Shown here piece after piece: positions 1 through 12,549 of a stretch of DNA of 64,000 nucleotides (position 1 is the first letter of the stretch; each line of letters begins with the position of its first letter). Under the pieces are notes generated by a model that saw nothing but the letters and a program-made list of their open reading frames with translations, was not told where the DNA came from and ran no database searches. The position numbers and the translations under genes are program-made. The stretch is from NCBI GenBank assembly GCA_964035545.1, contig OZ037765.1, positions 34,099,504 to 34,163,503 of the forward strand, written 5' to 3'. Source of the stretch: Bugula neritina (Eukaryota; Animalia; Bryozoa).

Positions 1-300
1 GAGTATAGAAGTAAGTAGAGAAGTAAGTATAGAAGTAAGTAGAGAAGTAAGTAGAGACGTAAGTATATAGTAAGTAGAGAAGTAAGTAGAGAAGTAAGTA
101 TAGAAGTGAGTAGAGAAGTAAGTAGAGAAGTAAGTAAAGAGTAAGTAGAGAATTAAATAGAGAAGTGAGTAGAGAAGTAAGTAGAGAAGTAAGTAGAGAA
201 GTAAGTAGAGAAGTAAGTAGAGAGTAAGTAGAGAAGTAAGTAGAGGAGTGAGTAGAGTAGCAAGTATAGAAGTAATTAGACAAGTAAGTGGAGAAGTAAG
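1..300. repeat. Minisatellite, ~12-nt unit GAGAAGTAAGTA, abutting the donor of the left-edge gene
   Basis: Directly visible tandem array ending 6 nt from the minus-strand GTGAGA donor at 306. Confidence 0.9.
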
Positions 301-306
301 TCTCAC

Positions 307-1876
307 CAGTATTATTGTTGCAGACGTCCAGCACGTTGCGTAGTTCATAGTCGAAGTTCCTCTCAGGTCCCCGACCGGCTGAGAAGGCCTCAGAAGAGAG
401 AAGGCTATAGTCTACTGAAAACTCCTTGACTTCTTCTGCTGTCCTACCTCCCCAGACCTCGGGTGGGGTGAACGGACTCCTGTAACATTTCACACCACTC
501 ATGGTACTCAGTCTAACTGATGTTCACAGCATTGTTTCGTATATATCTAGCTGCGTGCTGTAGAAATACCCTGCGTGCTGTAGATATACACTGTGTGCTG
601 TAGATACACACTGTGTGCTGTAGATATACCCTGTGTGCTGTAGATATACCCTGTGTGCTGTAGATATACACTGTGTGCTGTAGATACACACTGTGTGCTG
701 TAGATACACACTGTGTGCTGTAGATATACACTGTGTGCTTATAATATTATAGTATTCTACAGCTGATCCAATGAACAGCAGGGAATGAGATAAATGGCCA
801 TCACCATGGCAACAGGTAATTAAACCTATGATATATTCATTAGTCAATGTAATCAAAACAAGTTATTTATTACAACTATAGTAATGATTTATTTTATTAT
901 CTTCTCTGGTAGAAGCAGCAAAGAGAACAGGAAATACTTGAGAACTCTCTGTTCTAAAATGTAATATTGCTTAAGAAAACTCCTATTTAGCTGAAATCAT
1001 ATCAGAGCTATGGCAAAGCAAATTTTCCACAAAAATATTACACTTCAGTTCCATCCTCTCTTCCTTCTATAACTACTAGAATTTGAATAATAAACATGAG
1101 ATCACAACTCCTAAACAAGTACTTCAGAATCTATATGAAGTATTTTACATTAATCTTCCACTCTTGTTAAACAGACTAACACAAAAAGCTTACAACAATT
1201 ATTTTAAGTTAATTTGTGAGCTTCAAGTTTGACATAGAAATTAAAATAAAATGTATTATATTTTCATTATTACAGATTGTAGTGCATTCATGAATTTATA
1301 ACATTGCTATAAATAAATTATGTTATTATTTTATATTATTATATTGTTATAAATTACACCATCAGCACAATTATCTGGCTAACAGAAACTCAAAGTTTAT
1401 AGTCACCATCCCTGATAAAAAAGATTTATGACTGAATGCTCTTCCTAACATCACCAATGGCCTTTACTGGGGTTCGAACCACTAATCTTGTTTTTACTAT
1501 TTAATAATGCAAAGTAACAAATTTCTGTCCATAAGCAACAGTCATTGTATCAACTTTCGCTCCCTCTATTATTACCAAATCTCTCTTGATAGCACCAGAA
1601 AAACCATTGCAGAATTGATATGAACCCAGAAGCCGGATTCATCCCATTGACCTCTACATGTTGCTAGACTATGCTGCATACAGAATCTATGCACACATAT
1701 ATATGGCAAGCTCAAGAATAGTATCTATGGAAACAGATAAATAATAGTTTGCCCCTAACCTTTCCATTTCCCTCAAGGTCATGCCGAGCCTCTCACTTTG
1801 AGCAAGTGAACCCTTGTGTGGCCACACTTGCCTTGCTCCATGTCCTCATACTCAGTGCGACAACAGAGAATAGCAA
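307..1876 (-). CDS. 5' part of an unidentified multi-exon gene that continues off the left edge
   Basis: Exon 479-307 (CAG acceptor, GTGAGA donor) is open: SPFTPPEVWGGRTAEEVKEFSVDYSLLSSEAFSAGRGPERNFDYELRNVLDVCNNNT. Exon 1876-1760 (CAG acceptor, GTTAGG donor) joins in phase and would give MTLREMER after in-frame upstream stops. GC content is exon-like. Family not recognised. Confidence 0.5.
551..738. repeat. Intronic minisatellite, 20-nt unit CTGTGTGCTGTAGATATACA, ~9 copies
   Basis: Visible tandem array. Confidence 0.9.
1400..1495 (-). mobile_element. Possible degenerate tRNA-derived SINE fragment
   Basis: Minus strand reads GGTTCGAACCCC (Pol III B-box-like) followed by CCATTGGTGATGTTAGGAAGAGCATTC. 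No A box or TSD found. Confidence 0.25.
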
Positions 1877-2034
1877 CTGCAATGTAACATAGAATACTAG
1901 TTGACAGTTGAAAATATATAAATCAATATCTCTAACAAAGGAGGTAAGAATGGTTAGTCACTCTCAATACTCTCTATAACTTAGCTCTTAGAGTATTGAT
2001 TTGATCTCAACAGCATATGACTATTAGCTGATAT

Positions 2035-2342
2035 TGACTAGCTGTCTAGTCATTGGTTAGTGACCTGACTAGCTGTCTAGCCATTGGTTAGTCACCTGAC
2101 TAGCTGTCTAGCCATTGGTTAGTCACCTGACTAGCTGTCTAGCCATTGGTTAGTCACCTGACTAGCTGTCTAGCCATTGGTTAGTCACCTGACTAGCTGT
2201 CTAGCCATTGGTTAGTCACCTGACTAGCTGTCTAGCCATTGGTTAGTCACCTGACTAGCTGTCTAGCCATTGGTTAGTGACCTAACTAGCTGTCTAGCCA
2301 TTGGTTAGTCACCTGACTAGCTGTCTAGCCATTGGTTAGTGA
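2035..2342. repeat. Minisatellite, 31-nt unit TGACTAGCTGTCTAGCCATTGGTTAGTCACC, ~10 copies
   Basis: Visible tandem array. Confidence 0.92.
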
Positions 2343-5300
2343 GTGGCAAATATTATGCTCTTCACATTAAAGCTTTTTCTCTACAAATTCTGGTCTTGAG
2401 AAGTTTTATATAACTAATACCCTCCCCCCATATTCAAATGCAAAGCAGATTAAAAACAAAAACTCAATACTGCGTCAAATTATAAATTATATGTGATGAA
2501 ATAATTAATTTTGCAACAATATTTTACCTTTTACCGATAAAACCTGTAAAATTCCGGAATACTTTTTGTGAAGCACACGATGAGCACCTATAGACTGTGG
2601 CTGTGTAAAACTTCTCATAATACGTGTAGCTTAAGAGCATACAAATATTTATCACTTGTTCTAGACTGGTAACCATGATAATCAATACCAGCGTACTCAG
2701 ATACTCAGTATCTGGGGCAATCTATTTATAGAGTTATAAGACTAGTAGTACTACTAACATACTGCCCTCCTGCTCCCTAGTGGTGAACGTAACTTGTAGC
2801 CTAAAACTGTTAACTTATGGATCATTTCCTGATGGTGTAAATATTACAGTACTGGTCATACTAATGTTTATATTGTACCTAATCTTATCATATGTGACTA
2901 TATTATTGCATTCTCATACTATTGTTTAATTAACTAACATTATAATTCATGTAGTGTAACATCAACAGCACAGATGATTTACTCTGCAAATGTTTGGCAG
3001 AGAGTAAGTCTATTTCAGAATTTGTTAGAATTATTATTGTTTCCTTCAAAGTTAAATTGTCAGTGTCAGGTTTCCGGTTGTCCGTGATACCTAATCTAAA
3101 ACGGTTACACTTGCTGTCATTACTAGAGACTTGGAGAATACTCAAATAACAGGCTATGCATGTTCATTTTCAGTGAGTTATTGACATGGTTATTGACAAT
3201 GACTCCATGTGATTTTGATATCCATTATTATAATTACTGTGTACAGACATTAACTAGAAAGCATACATCAAAGCTTAGCAAACAATACGCAAGAACTAAT
3301 ATGAGGAAAGAAAAAATTCTTATAGGCTTAGAGCAGTTGACTACTGGAACGTTTTAACACAATCTGCAGTATATGCTAAGTCTTTTCTTTTATTTAACCA
3401 CACTTACATGAAATTGGAATGTTACACTCTTACATGGGTTAAATAGGCCACTGGCTTTCTCCCCTTATCTTACCCAGTTTCATCACTCATCTCATCTCAT
3501 CTCATCTAATTAATCTCACTCATCAGTAATCAACATAAGTGATAACTGATAAGGCCTCTGAATTACCTCTGATGAGGTAGAACGCTCTTGACCATCATAT
3601 GACATTAGTAGAGCGCCTCATGTGTGTGACAGTGAGTGTTCCGTAAGAGTAAGAGCCAAGAAAAGTACTAGTACTAGTAGTACTAGTACTACTACTAGTA
3701 CTAGTAGCCTAGTTAGTATAGTACTAGTAGTACTAGTAGTAGTAAGATTCAGATAAATTCGGGCAAACTAATTAACTTTGTATAATTTATTAACTACTTT
3801 GTTAACCAACCTTTCCGCATGGGTATCTGCATACTATCACATAGTTGAATATTGTAGTCTCAGTATGTAAGCAATAAAGAGCATTTGCTTTTAGTGATTT
3901 ACAAAACTTTAAAATTTATGGGAGTCTGTGAGTGCGATTCACACTGCAATTATTAGTTTCGCTTTGCATTGACAAATGTATATAATTGAAATGCTACTTT
4001 TGTTTTTCGTCTTTTCTATTCAATGCGTGTAGTTTTACTATCTCTCCTTCAAATCGAGACCTGGATTTAGGATCGAAATATTTTGGACTATATTTTAAAG
4101 TTCAAAAGGTCAAAGTGTGGTCAAAGTCCACAGTATTATCGCTTACCTACAACAAAACTGCAAGCTGAAGTTCAACTCAACAACTGTGGCTTCAGCTAAC
4201 GGTATTTTCAATTCAATTTCAATTTATTCAACTTTTGAAACATGAATTTTGAATCAAACATAATGTTTTTGTGATAAGCAACGAATGTCAGTGTGCACAT
4301 ATGTCTGCATTAGACACAGTGATAGTAATCATTATGATAATCATAATGGCAATCTTAATCTATGACTGTAGTAAATCTCATAATATTAATTATTGTTATT
4401 AGTATTAAGTAAAAGTAAATCTAACAGCAATAGTAATACTAATACTCACACTCACTTCGACTTTGACAGTATGACTATAATCAGTATAAATATCACAATA
4501 GAGCTATAGAGTTGCACTATTTTTATGGTTATACTTATACTTATAGTTATAGTATTAGTTATCGAAATTTTTATACTAATACTAATACTTATAGTAATAC
4601 TTATACTTATAGTTATACTTATACTTATAGGCATAGATTGACTATGATAATGATAAAGATGTACATACCAGTAGTAGTGTACATTGAAATATAACTATTT
4701 AAATATAGTTCAATAATAACAATTTCTATCATAATTGATATAAGTATCAGTATGAGTATTGCAGTAGTATTAATTACTGTTACCCATTTGCTGTTAGACT
4801 TGATAATTTACAAATGGCAATTATTTAGTTCTATGGCTGTTGAAGTATCAGTGCCATGACTATGAGTATGACTCGAAGTTAGAGTCACATAACATTATTG
4901 TTATTAGATTTAAGGGTTTAGTTTAATGGGTCTTAATAACTACAGCATATGGAGGAGTGAGCCCAAAGTTATCAGTATTTATATTTTAATGGTGTGTTGT
5001 TGTAGAATATACCAATAAAATTGTTTGGTATTAGTTGATGCATTTGACTTCATCAAAGTATAGTGTGCATAGTTGAATATGAAGTGTAGCCGTCAAAATT
5101 CAACTTTTATTAAGATAACAATCACTCATTGTAATTTTAAGCCAGATGTAAACTGTGTTGCCATGGTTACAGTCTATTGTGTTAAATTATCCCTCAAGCT
5201 AAGCTACTTCTGCTAGTAATATTCTAAAAATGGTAGTTATCTTCCCAAGTGTTACATAAGTGTATTTTATTAGTGAGCAGCAGTAAATGTTCCAATACAT

Positions 5301-6263
5301 TACAAGGATAGACAATTCCTTGTGTTATACAGCTTATTAACACCAAGACTTCCTCTCACAGGCTAAGCACTTTGATGCAGTCTATATGACAGAATAGTGT
5401 TATATGCTGGATATGGGAGCTAATGGAAATATTATAGAATATAGAATATGGAATACATAATATAGAATGTAGATTATAGAATATAAAATATAGATATATC
5501 AATGCTTTTATTTTCACCAACCCTTTCTGGTAGTTTGAAACCCTCAACTCTGTAAAGTTATTATGAGTATATAGCTATTATTATTAAATTATATTCCGGA
5601 AAATACCCTCTAATAAATTACATGTGATGTTGTCATGTCCAAAGGTTGAGATACTCTCCAGGCAAAGTTATTATTTTCTCATTTAAACTGTTTTTCTGTC
5701 TTCTCGTATTTTTCAGACTTTATACTTTGACTTCTGGTTGGTTTGCTTTAGTAATGTTGTGCAACAAAATTTATAATATATAAATAATATATTTATAATA
5801 TATAAATAATATATTTATAATATATAAATAATATATTTATAATATTATATAGATAATATATATTTATATATTACACATGTATAATCATTACTGTTGCTAT
5901 TATTATCATAACGACTTCATTGTTAGTCTGCTGTACTTTAGAGATGCATATATTTATAGCACTCAGTAGTCACGTGGTCTAGCTACTTTCTCTATTCACT
6001 GCTTTTTCAATATTTGCTTGATTTGTATTTTAACATTAGCTACTAGTTTAGCTGTATTCATCAAACTGTTACTTTGCATGGGTGTTCTGAATTGTATTTT
6101 GTATGATTATTATGTCTATAGTTAATTATTATATATTATTCGTGTAACTTATTTTATGAAGAGAATACAAATATTTTCGTTATATAATTCCTACTGTTTT
6201 CTATTTGATTCAAGTTCAGTGTGAGTAACTAAACACAATGAGTTGTATTTTCATCAACTATAA

Positions 6264-6441
6264 GTTACACTTTACTATATTACATTATATTACACTATAT
6301 TACGCTAAACTTCATTATATTTATTACATTATATTATGTTACACTTTACTATATTACATTATATTATGTTACACTTTACTATATTACATTATATTATGTT
6401 ACACTTTACTATATTACATTATATTATGTTACACTTTACTA
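6264..6441. repeat. AT-rich minisatellite, 30-nt unit GTTACACTTTACTATATTACATTATATTAT
   Basis: Visible tandem array. Confidence 0.8.
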
Positions 6442-7736
6442 TCATAATACAATATACAATTTCAGTATTGTTAGTTCTATTTTATTGCAATGGTAATGTA
6501 AACCTAATTGTGGGTTAGAATTGCTGTAAGTAATGTTTTATCGGTATAAGTATAAAAAATATTTTAATGTGATGTTATTTGGGAGTAACCTTCCCTTGGA
6601 AAAGTTTTGTACAGTTGCAGATAGCCATTACATTTTCTCAATAACTGTAGTATTATTTTATTATTGCTTAAGCAAATAATACAAGTATAGTCACATTATT
6701 ATATTGCAATATTTAATATATTATTGCAATATGTAATATATTGCGTAATTATAACGTGTTTCTACAATGAAGTGTATATAAATATTATGACACTATTTCC
6801 TGCTATATCTTGGGTAGACGCGCTGTCCATAGCATAATCAATGGCCGTATTATATACTTATATCCTTACAAGTGTTATAGCAAGCAGTAATGGCTGTAGA
6901 CTCCAATCACTGCATGTGGATAGTATTTTGACCTACTAACAAACTATTTCCAATCAATGTTTGTCACTTTGACTTGATTAAGTAAATATGGAATGTATAC
7001 AATGTAATTACTTCACTGTTTGTGATTTGTTAGTGTTGTTTGCATGTTGTCTCCTGAAGTCAATAATGATAGAGCTGTATTGTGTTTTGGATGAATTTTT
7101 TTGCCAAGCATGCCTTTTTATAGTTTTAAAATTGATACTGTGTTTGAATAATAAATGGTGGTTTGTTAGCACAACGTTGCCTTCTGTTATGTCGTCTGCA
7201 CTGTATACTAAAATAGAGTATAGACTCGGGTTGCATATTGTGCCGTTACTATGCAAATCATTGCTGTCTACATTACATCCATAATACATCTGTCTGCTGA
7301 CAATAAGTAGCATTGAACTTGCTCGAAACTGCATAGTCTAATTCTCATTCAGGTTCGGCTTTGTAAGGTTACAATTCAATACACAGACTAGCAGTGTGAG
7401 CTTGGCTGGACAAATCTACTGAAGTTATTATTATTAATTTTCCACTTATCAATCTTTGAAACTTTTAAATAGGCGTCAAATTAAAGCTATCAGTAAAGTT
7501 TATTGTCGTACTGTATGACTAAATTTATTATATCTTAACGGAGTGACAAAGCAGCATTAGCCCAGCACGCTACAGGAAAACTCGTAAGGACATTGGTATT
7601 TACACAGGAACCTTTTAGCTAAATGCTAAGCACTATCTCTAGTAGCGAACTTCTCTGTTGCCTGACTCAGTCTATGTGACGAGGGCGACTGTGTTGTGTG
7701 AAGCTGAGGATATGAAAAGTCGCAAAAATTGATCAG

Positions 7737-8591
7737 TTGGTGTATGAGAACCGGCAGCACACTGTCGACAGCGTGTGGGCACAGCCGGAAAGTCATCCCA
7801 ACTTGCTGACGTCACATCCTACTACTAACAGAAATGGGCTCGTCAACAGCTCTAAAAGGATGAATAAAAAGAAAAAACGAGTTACATTCAAACGGGAAAG
7901 TGAGTTAGTGAGTATTCGCTTGATCTCTCCGCGTCCTAACCGCTCCGATTCTTCTGACAATGAGCTCTCCTCGGAGTCGAGTGAGGAGGACGACTCCGAC
8001 TCTGATGAGTCATCGGATAGCGAGCTTGTCGACCATCTGGTTACAAACGCCTCCAAGATGATGCTGCAGCACACTAAGCGCAAGGAGAAAGTCACCAGTC
8101 AAGTCTCTAAACCAGCCACTCTCCGCGTACAGCAGTTACGGAGGCCTCGCCTTATGCCCCCTACTCAACAGAAATTAAATGTTTCCAGTTCACCAGGTAA
8201 ATCTCAGTCCATCAGCGAAGCACCAAAAGTCAAACTGACTATGCAGAACATAAACCACCGGGGAATGAATAGACTGACCTCTCTCCGAAGAGCACAAAGC
8301 TGCAACGTGGATCCAAGAAACAGGGCTAAAGAGGCCAACAACCCCCGAGCTACTTCCGCTGCAGCCTCTCTTTCATTATCCAACAGAAAGCTTACCACCG
8401 CCTCCATCTCTTCCATGTACAGCATTCCTCCCCAAAATGAGCGATACAGTCAGATAGAGTCACTCCACGCAAACTCTGGTCAGGAGAGAACCAAGTTTTA
8501 TGCCTGGCAAGTGGCTAATGGTGCCCCCTTGGTTACCACCCCTGGCATTGCCCCCCTTTGTGCCGAGCACGTCACACTCACTAAACTGTAA
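7737..8591 (+). CDS. Uncharacterised intrinsically disordered protein with RVxF (PP1-docking-like) motif; single coding exon
   Basis: 855-nt ORF, GC-richer than its flanks. Contains KKKKRVTFKRESELVSIRLI, then an acidic Ser/Asp/Glu tract and a basic S/T/Q-rich region. First in-frame ATG is at 7860; the true start is uncertain. Confidence 0.7.
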   Translation: MVYENRQHTVDSVWAQPESHPNLLTSHPTTNRNGLVNSSKRMNKKKKRVTFKRESELVSIRLISPRPNRSDSSDNELSSESSEEDDSDSDESSDSELVDHLVTNASKMMLQHTKRKEKVTSQVSKPATLRVQQLRRPRLMPPTQQKLNVSSSPGKSQSISEAPKVKLTMQNINHRGMNRLTSLRRAQSCNVDPRNRAKEANNPRATSAAASLSLSNRKLTTASISSMYSIPPQNERYSQIESLHANSGQERTKFYAWQVANGAPLVTTPGIAPLCAEHVTLTKL

Positions 8592-9660
8592 ATAAGGATA
8601 GCACTATTTCGATTCTAGTCACTTCTATTCATACACAGGATGTACTCTTTTATCAAATGTTTTAATCACAAATTTTATGGACAAGCTGTAAATATTTTAA
8701 TTTCTGTTACTAATAGCAAATATACATCATATTCGAATTCTTTATGTTATGTTGCTGTTATATATAATATCATATTACTATAATATAATATCATATTACT
8801 ATTGTATACATTATTTTGTGGATAGCTGGCTCAATACATTGAAAACAATTTTCAACTCAAACATTTTCTATGTTGACGAAAACAACTCTATTGTGTTCAA
8901 CAGTGTGTATGGACAAATAATATTTCTTAAATTACTATAACTTACATTATTTGTCAAAATAATAATGTTTTATTTCATAGGGTTGGTTGAACTTGCAGTA
9001 TGAACATTTATAATTGACATTTCACAAAGTACTGCTGTGCTAATTGTTGTTTAAACAAAAACTGTTTGCAGTTGAGGTTCATAATTAGCTGAGGTAACCT
9101 TTGAAGTTATTGTATAGAGTCACCTCCCATATGCTTGGTTAACTTACTGCTAATCTGCACCCTAATTTAGTTCAAAATTTACTCCTTCAACTGGTGGTTT
9201 GAACTGCTGCCTAGTGCAATGTCAGAGGCAGTAACTTTGTCTCTTCCCACAAATGTCTCAATGAAACATTGGTAGTCATTGCTTGTATCTCACTATAAAT
9301 ACTCTGTACTCTGGTAAACAGTTTAAGGAGTATTTTTCTTCTATTTATAGCAACAATAAGATTTGCAGATGCATCATGGGACACGCTTTTGTATAACATT
9401 ATATTATATAACGTAGCATTTGCATTGTAGAGTTAGAAGATGTATTAATAGCAACCATTCTATACTGTGTGATGGTCACAATATGAATATCTGTTATTAT
9501 ATCCTGTTCCTAGGGTCTAGTCATGCTCTCTAATCTGAGTTGCTATTAGTCTAACCTAAGACAACCTTAGAGGTCTAGCATGTCATACTCCAACACACAA
9601 ACAACAACATTAGTATTTTAACAGCTCAGTTTGTTCTCTTTTCAGTTGGTTTGAGGAAGC

Positions 9661-12549
9661 ATGGCCACTACCAGTAAGAAGGTTTCCATCACCAAGACTC
9701 AGGAGGGCAATGATATCTACCACTATGTGCAAGGACTTCCAAAACTCAACGAACTCAATGAGCAAGTGAAAGAGGTCATTGCAACTTCCTCTTACTGGGA
9801 GAGACACGGCTACGGTTTAATAGAGATTGGCTCTGCCTTCCCCCTTCTTCTGGTATGTTTCTTTTATCTGATTATATGTTATATATTCTAAGCTTCCATG
9901 TTTTAATTTACTCAAATAAATTCAACACTGATGATCTCACCATGCTAGACTGTCACTGCGTTTCCATGAAGGCGAATGAATGCGTACGGATGCCCGTACG
10001 GATTACATCGAAGGAAAAACCACATGTTCTTATGCAATCCGTACGAAGTTATCTTCTCTTTGCAACTGTGACGGCTGAACTAAAATGATAATTAATATGG
10101 CCAACTTTGAGTTTGAGTTCATGCACAACGACAATTTTTTAGTTCTGTCCCCATTTTTGATAGATTAAATCAACTAAATACACAAACTGTGAGTCAGTTT
10201 ATTTAAAATAAAAAACCATAAATCAATGAAAGCATAACGTATTTCTTGATCGATAAACAAAAGCTTAAAAGTAATTTAAATTTTCAAAATGAAAATAGCT
10301 GTCAACTTATTTTTAGCTTGAGAAAGCTTTGGCTTGCAGAGTAGTTTTACAAATTTAAGATGATTAGTAATTATTTTAAATAATAGCAGCTAGGATAAAT
10401 AAAATAATTTAAATTTTTAAAAGTCGAAGTACACTTTAGCGTAGGTTGTAACCTATAATTATTGTTAGCATCGCGTAACTATGTAACTAGCCGCCACAAA
10501 TGCTGATCTCTGCCTCCGGCACAAAAGGTTTCATTCGATTTAACCGAAGGAACCATTTCCATGATGCGCATAATGCGAAGGAAAATTTTCATCGAAGGAG
10601 CCGTTCGGTGTAATTTCCGGCTGCGGTTTTGCTTCGATGCAACTGTTTCCATAGGGCGAATGAGAAAATCCATTCGCATAATGCGATAATGGAAACGCAG
10701 TGTGTAATTGCTTTTTAGTTCACTCACCTTTCACTGTTTTCATTAGTAGTGAATTCTATACATACACTATACTGCCCTTATATAGTGCACATATAAATAA
10801 CAACATGCATATAATGTATACTCGTCACGTATTAAAGATATTCTATTTCCTGTTTTAGCTTGGACTGCTCATGTGCAGCACCGAGACGCCGATTCTCTTC
10901 ATCGCTGGTTTCCTGTTACTCGGCTGCTGTCACTCTGTCATAGCCAATCGCCTCGCTCATCTGGCAGCACACAACAGTCTGTTTGAGACCAAATGGGCCA
11001 ATAGGATTGCTCGTTGGCTCAGCATTGAAATGTACGGCTTCTTCTCCGAGAGAGTTGCCTACGAAATTCACATCTCACAGCATCATCCTTATACAAACAT
11101 CATCTGTGAGTGTGACTATACAGTACCCACAATTCCTTGCGTGTGATTATACAGTACCCACAATTCCCTGCGTGTGGCTATACAATACCCACAATTCCCT
11201 GCGTGTGACTATACAGTACCCACAATTCCCTGCGTGTGACTATACAATACCCACAATTCCCTGCGTGTAGAGAACAGTAATTACCCTTTCCTGAGGTTAC
11301 TTTACACAGCTGGTGTGATGTGTAACTGTATCACCGTGCTGTGTTTAGTTTATCTGTCAGTAGATGTACATTCACCACTGTGCTATACTAGTTAGGGAAT
11401 GTATATTATGACTGAGTAACTGTATAGTACGTAACAGGAAATGAGGTAATCATTGAAATAGTTTGTTATTTATTACAGCCATCGGAGACTCCAGTTCATG
11501 GAAGTTGCCCTTCCTACCTCGCTATATCTACATGTTCTTTGCCCCGTTCTTCCTTCCAGTAATGACTCCCTTCATATGTAAGTATGTTAGTGTTAGAGTT
11601 GTCCCTTCATTTGTAAGTATGTTAGTGTTGGAGTTGTCCCTTCATGTGTAAGTATGTTAGTGTTGGAGTTGTCCCTTCATATGTAAGTATGTTAGTGTTG
11701 GAGTTGTCCCTTCATATGTAAGTATGTTAGTGTTGGAGTTGTCCCTTCATATGTAAGTATGCTAGTGTTGGAGTTGTCCCTTCATATGTAAGTATGTTAG
11801 TATTGAAGTTGTCCCTTCATATGTAAGTATGTTAGTGTTGGAGTTGTCCCTTCATGTGTAAGTATGTTAGTGTTGGAGTTGTCCTTTCATATGTAAGTAT
11901 GTTAGTGTTGGAGTTGTCCCTTCATACTGTAATAGCAGGCTCTATCTTATGAGTCATCTACCGTTTTTCACACCTGTAAGATATTAAATGATTATTATAT
12001 GTCAATAGCCATGTATTTAACTGTTTAGCTCTGAAGGAGTTGGGAGGTAGATTCTGGCCCACTGTGTCCTACTGCGGATGGGTTAGCCTTGGTATCTCCT
12101 TCAACGTCTGGCTGAATATGAAGCTCACAGGCTACACCAGTGTCTTCTACACTCTACTCTTCATGTTCGGTTACCGGGCGGTCACCATGCTAGCCTACAT
12201 TCACATCAACATCTTCCAGCACATCGGGCTACCCATGTACACCCTCAAGGATCGGCCCAGCAAGCTCTACCAGATGGCTAGCGGAGTTCTTAACCTTCAC
12301 AGGAACCCCATCCTCGACTGGATCATGGGCCACACTCTAGTTTACTGCCATATCGAGCACCACCTCTTCCCCACCCTATCCGACTGCATGGTGCTGAAGA
12401 TTAGACCCCTGGTTAAGAAGTACATGCTGGACAACGGGCTCCCCTACAATGAGAGGCCCTACCTGGAGACCCTCTCCTACTTCATGGAGAAGTACGAGGA
12501 ACTCATGGTTAAGGCACCTCCATTCTCCCACTATGTCGGACTTCAGTGA
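9661..12549 (+). CDS. FADS6: Fatty acid desaturase 6-like membrane desaturase, ~352 aa, 4 coding exons
   Basis: Exons 9661-9852, 10859-11105, 11479-11577, 12029-12549, all GT-AG and in phase. His boxes HLAAH, HISQHH and HIEHH. FADS6-type motifs HPYTNIISIGDSSSWKLP and HINIFQHIGLPMY. No cytochrome b5 domain. Confidence 0.92.
9954..10702. mobile_element. Non-autonomous CACTA/CMC-type (CACTG-ended) DNA transposon in FADS6 intron 1
   Basis: Perfect 14-bp terminal inverted repeats CACTGCGTTTCCAT (9954) and ATGGAAACGCAGTG (ends 10702). TGT on both flanks forms a 3-bp TSD. Subterminal repeats (CGAAGGA, TTTCCAT). No transposase ORF. Confidence 0.8.
11110..11268 (+). repeat. Minisatellite, 31-nt unit, ~5 copies, starting within the FADS6 exon-2 donor
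   Basis: GTGTGACTATACAGTACCCACAATTCCCTGC repeats begin at intron position +5. Confidence 0.9.
11568..11927 (+). repeat. Minisatellite, 35-nt unit = last 10 nt of FADS6 exon 3 + GTAAGT donor + 19 nt, ~10 copies
   Basis: Unit CCCTTCATAT|GTAAGTATGTTAGTGTTGGAGTTGT. Confidence 0.95.

Noticed and set aside
1820-1876. In-frame TGA codons as possible selenocysteine
   Set aside because: No recognisable selenoprotein motif, and any SECIS would lie outside the window; 5'-UTR is the simpler reading.
7793-8425. Minus-strand ORFs overlapping the 7737-8591 gene
   Set aside because: Antisense shadows of the coding strand.
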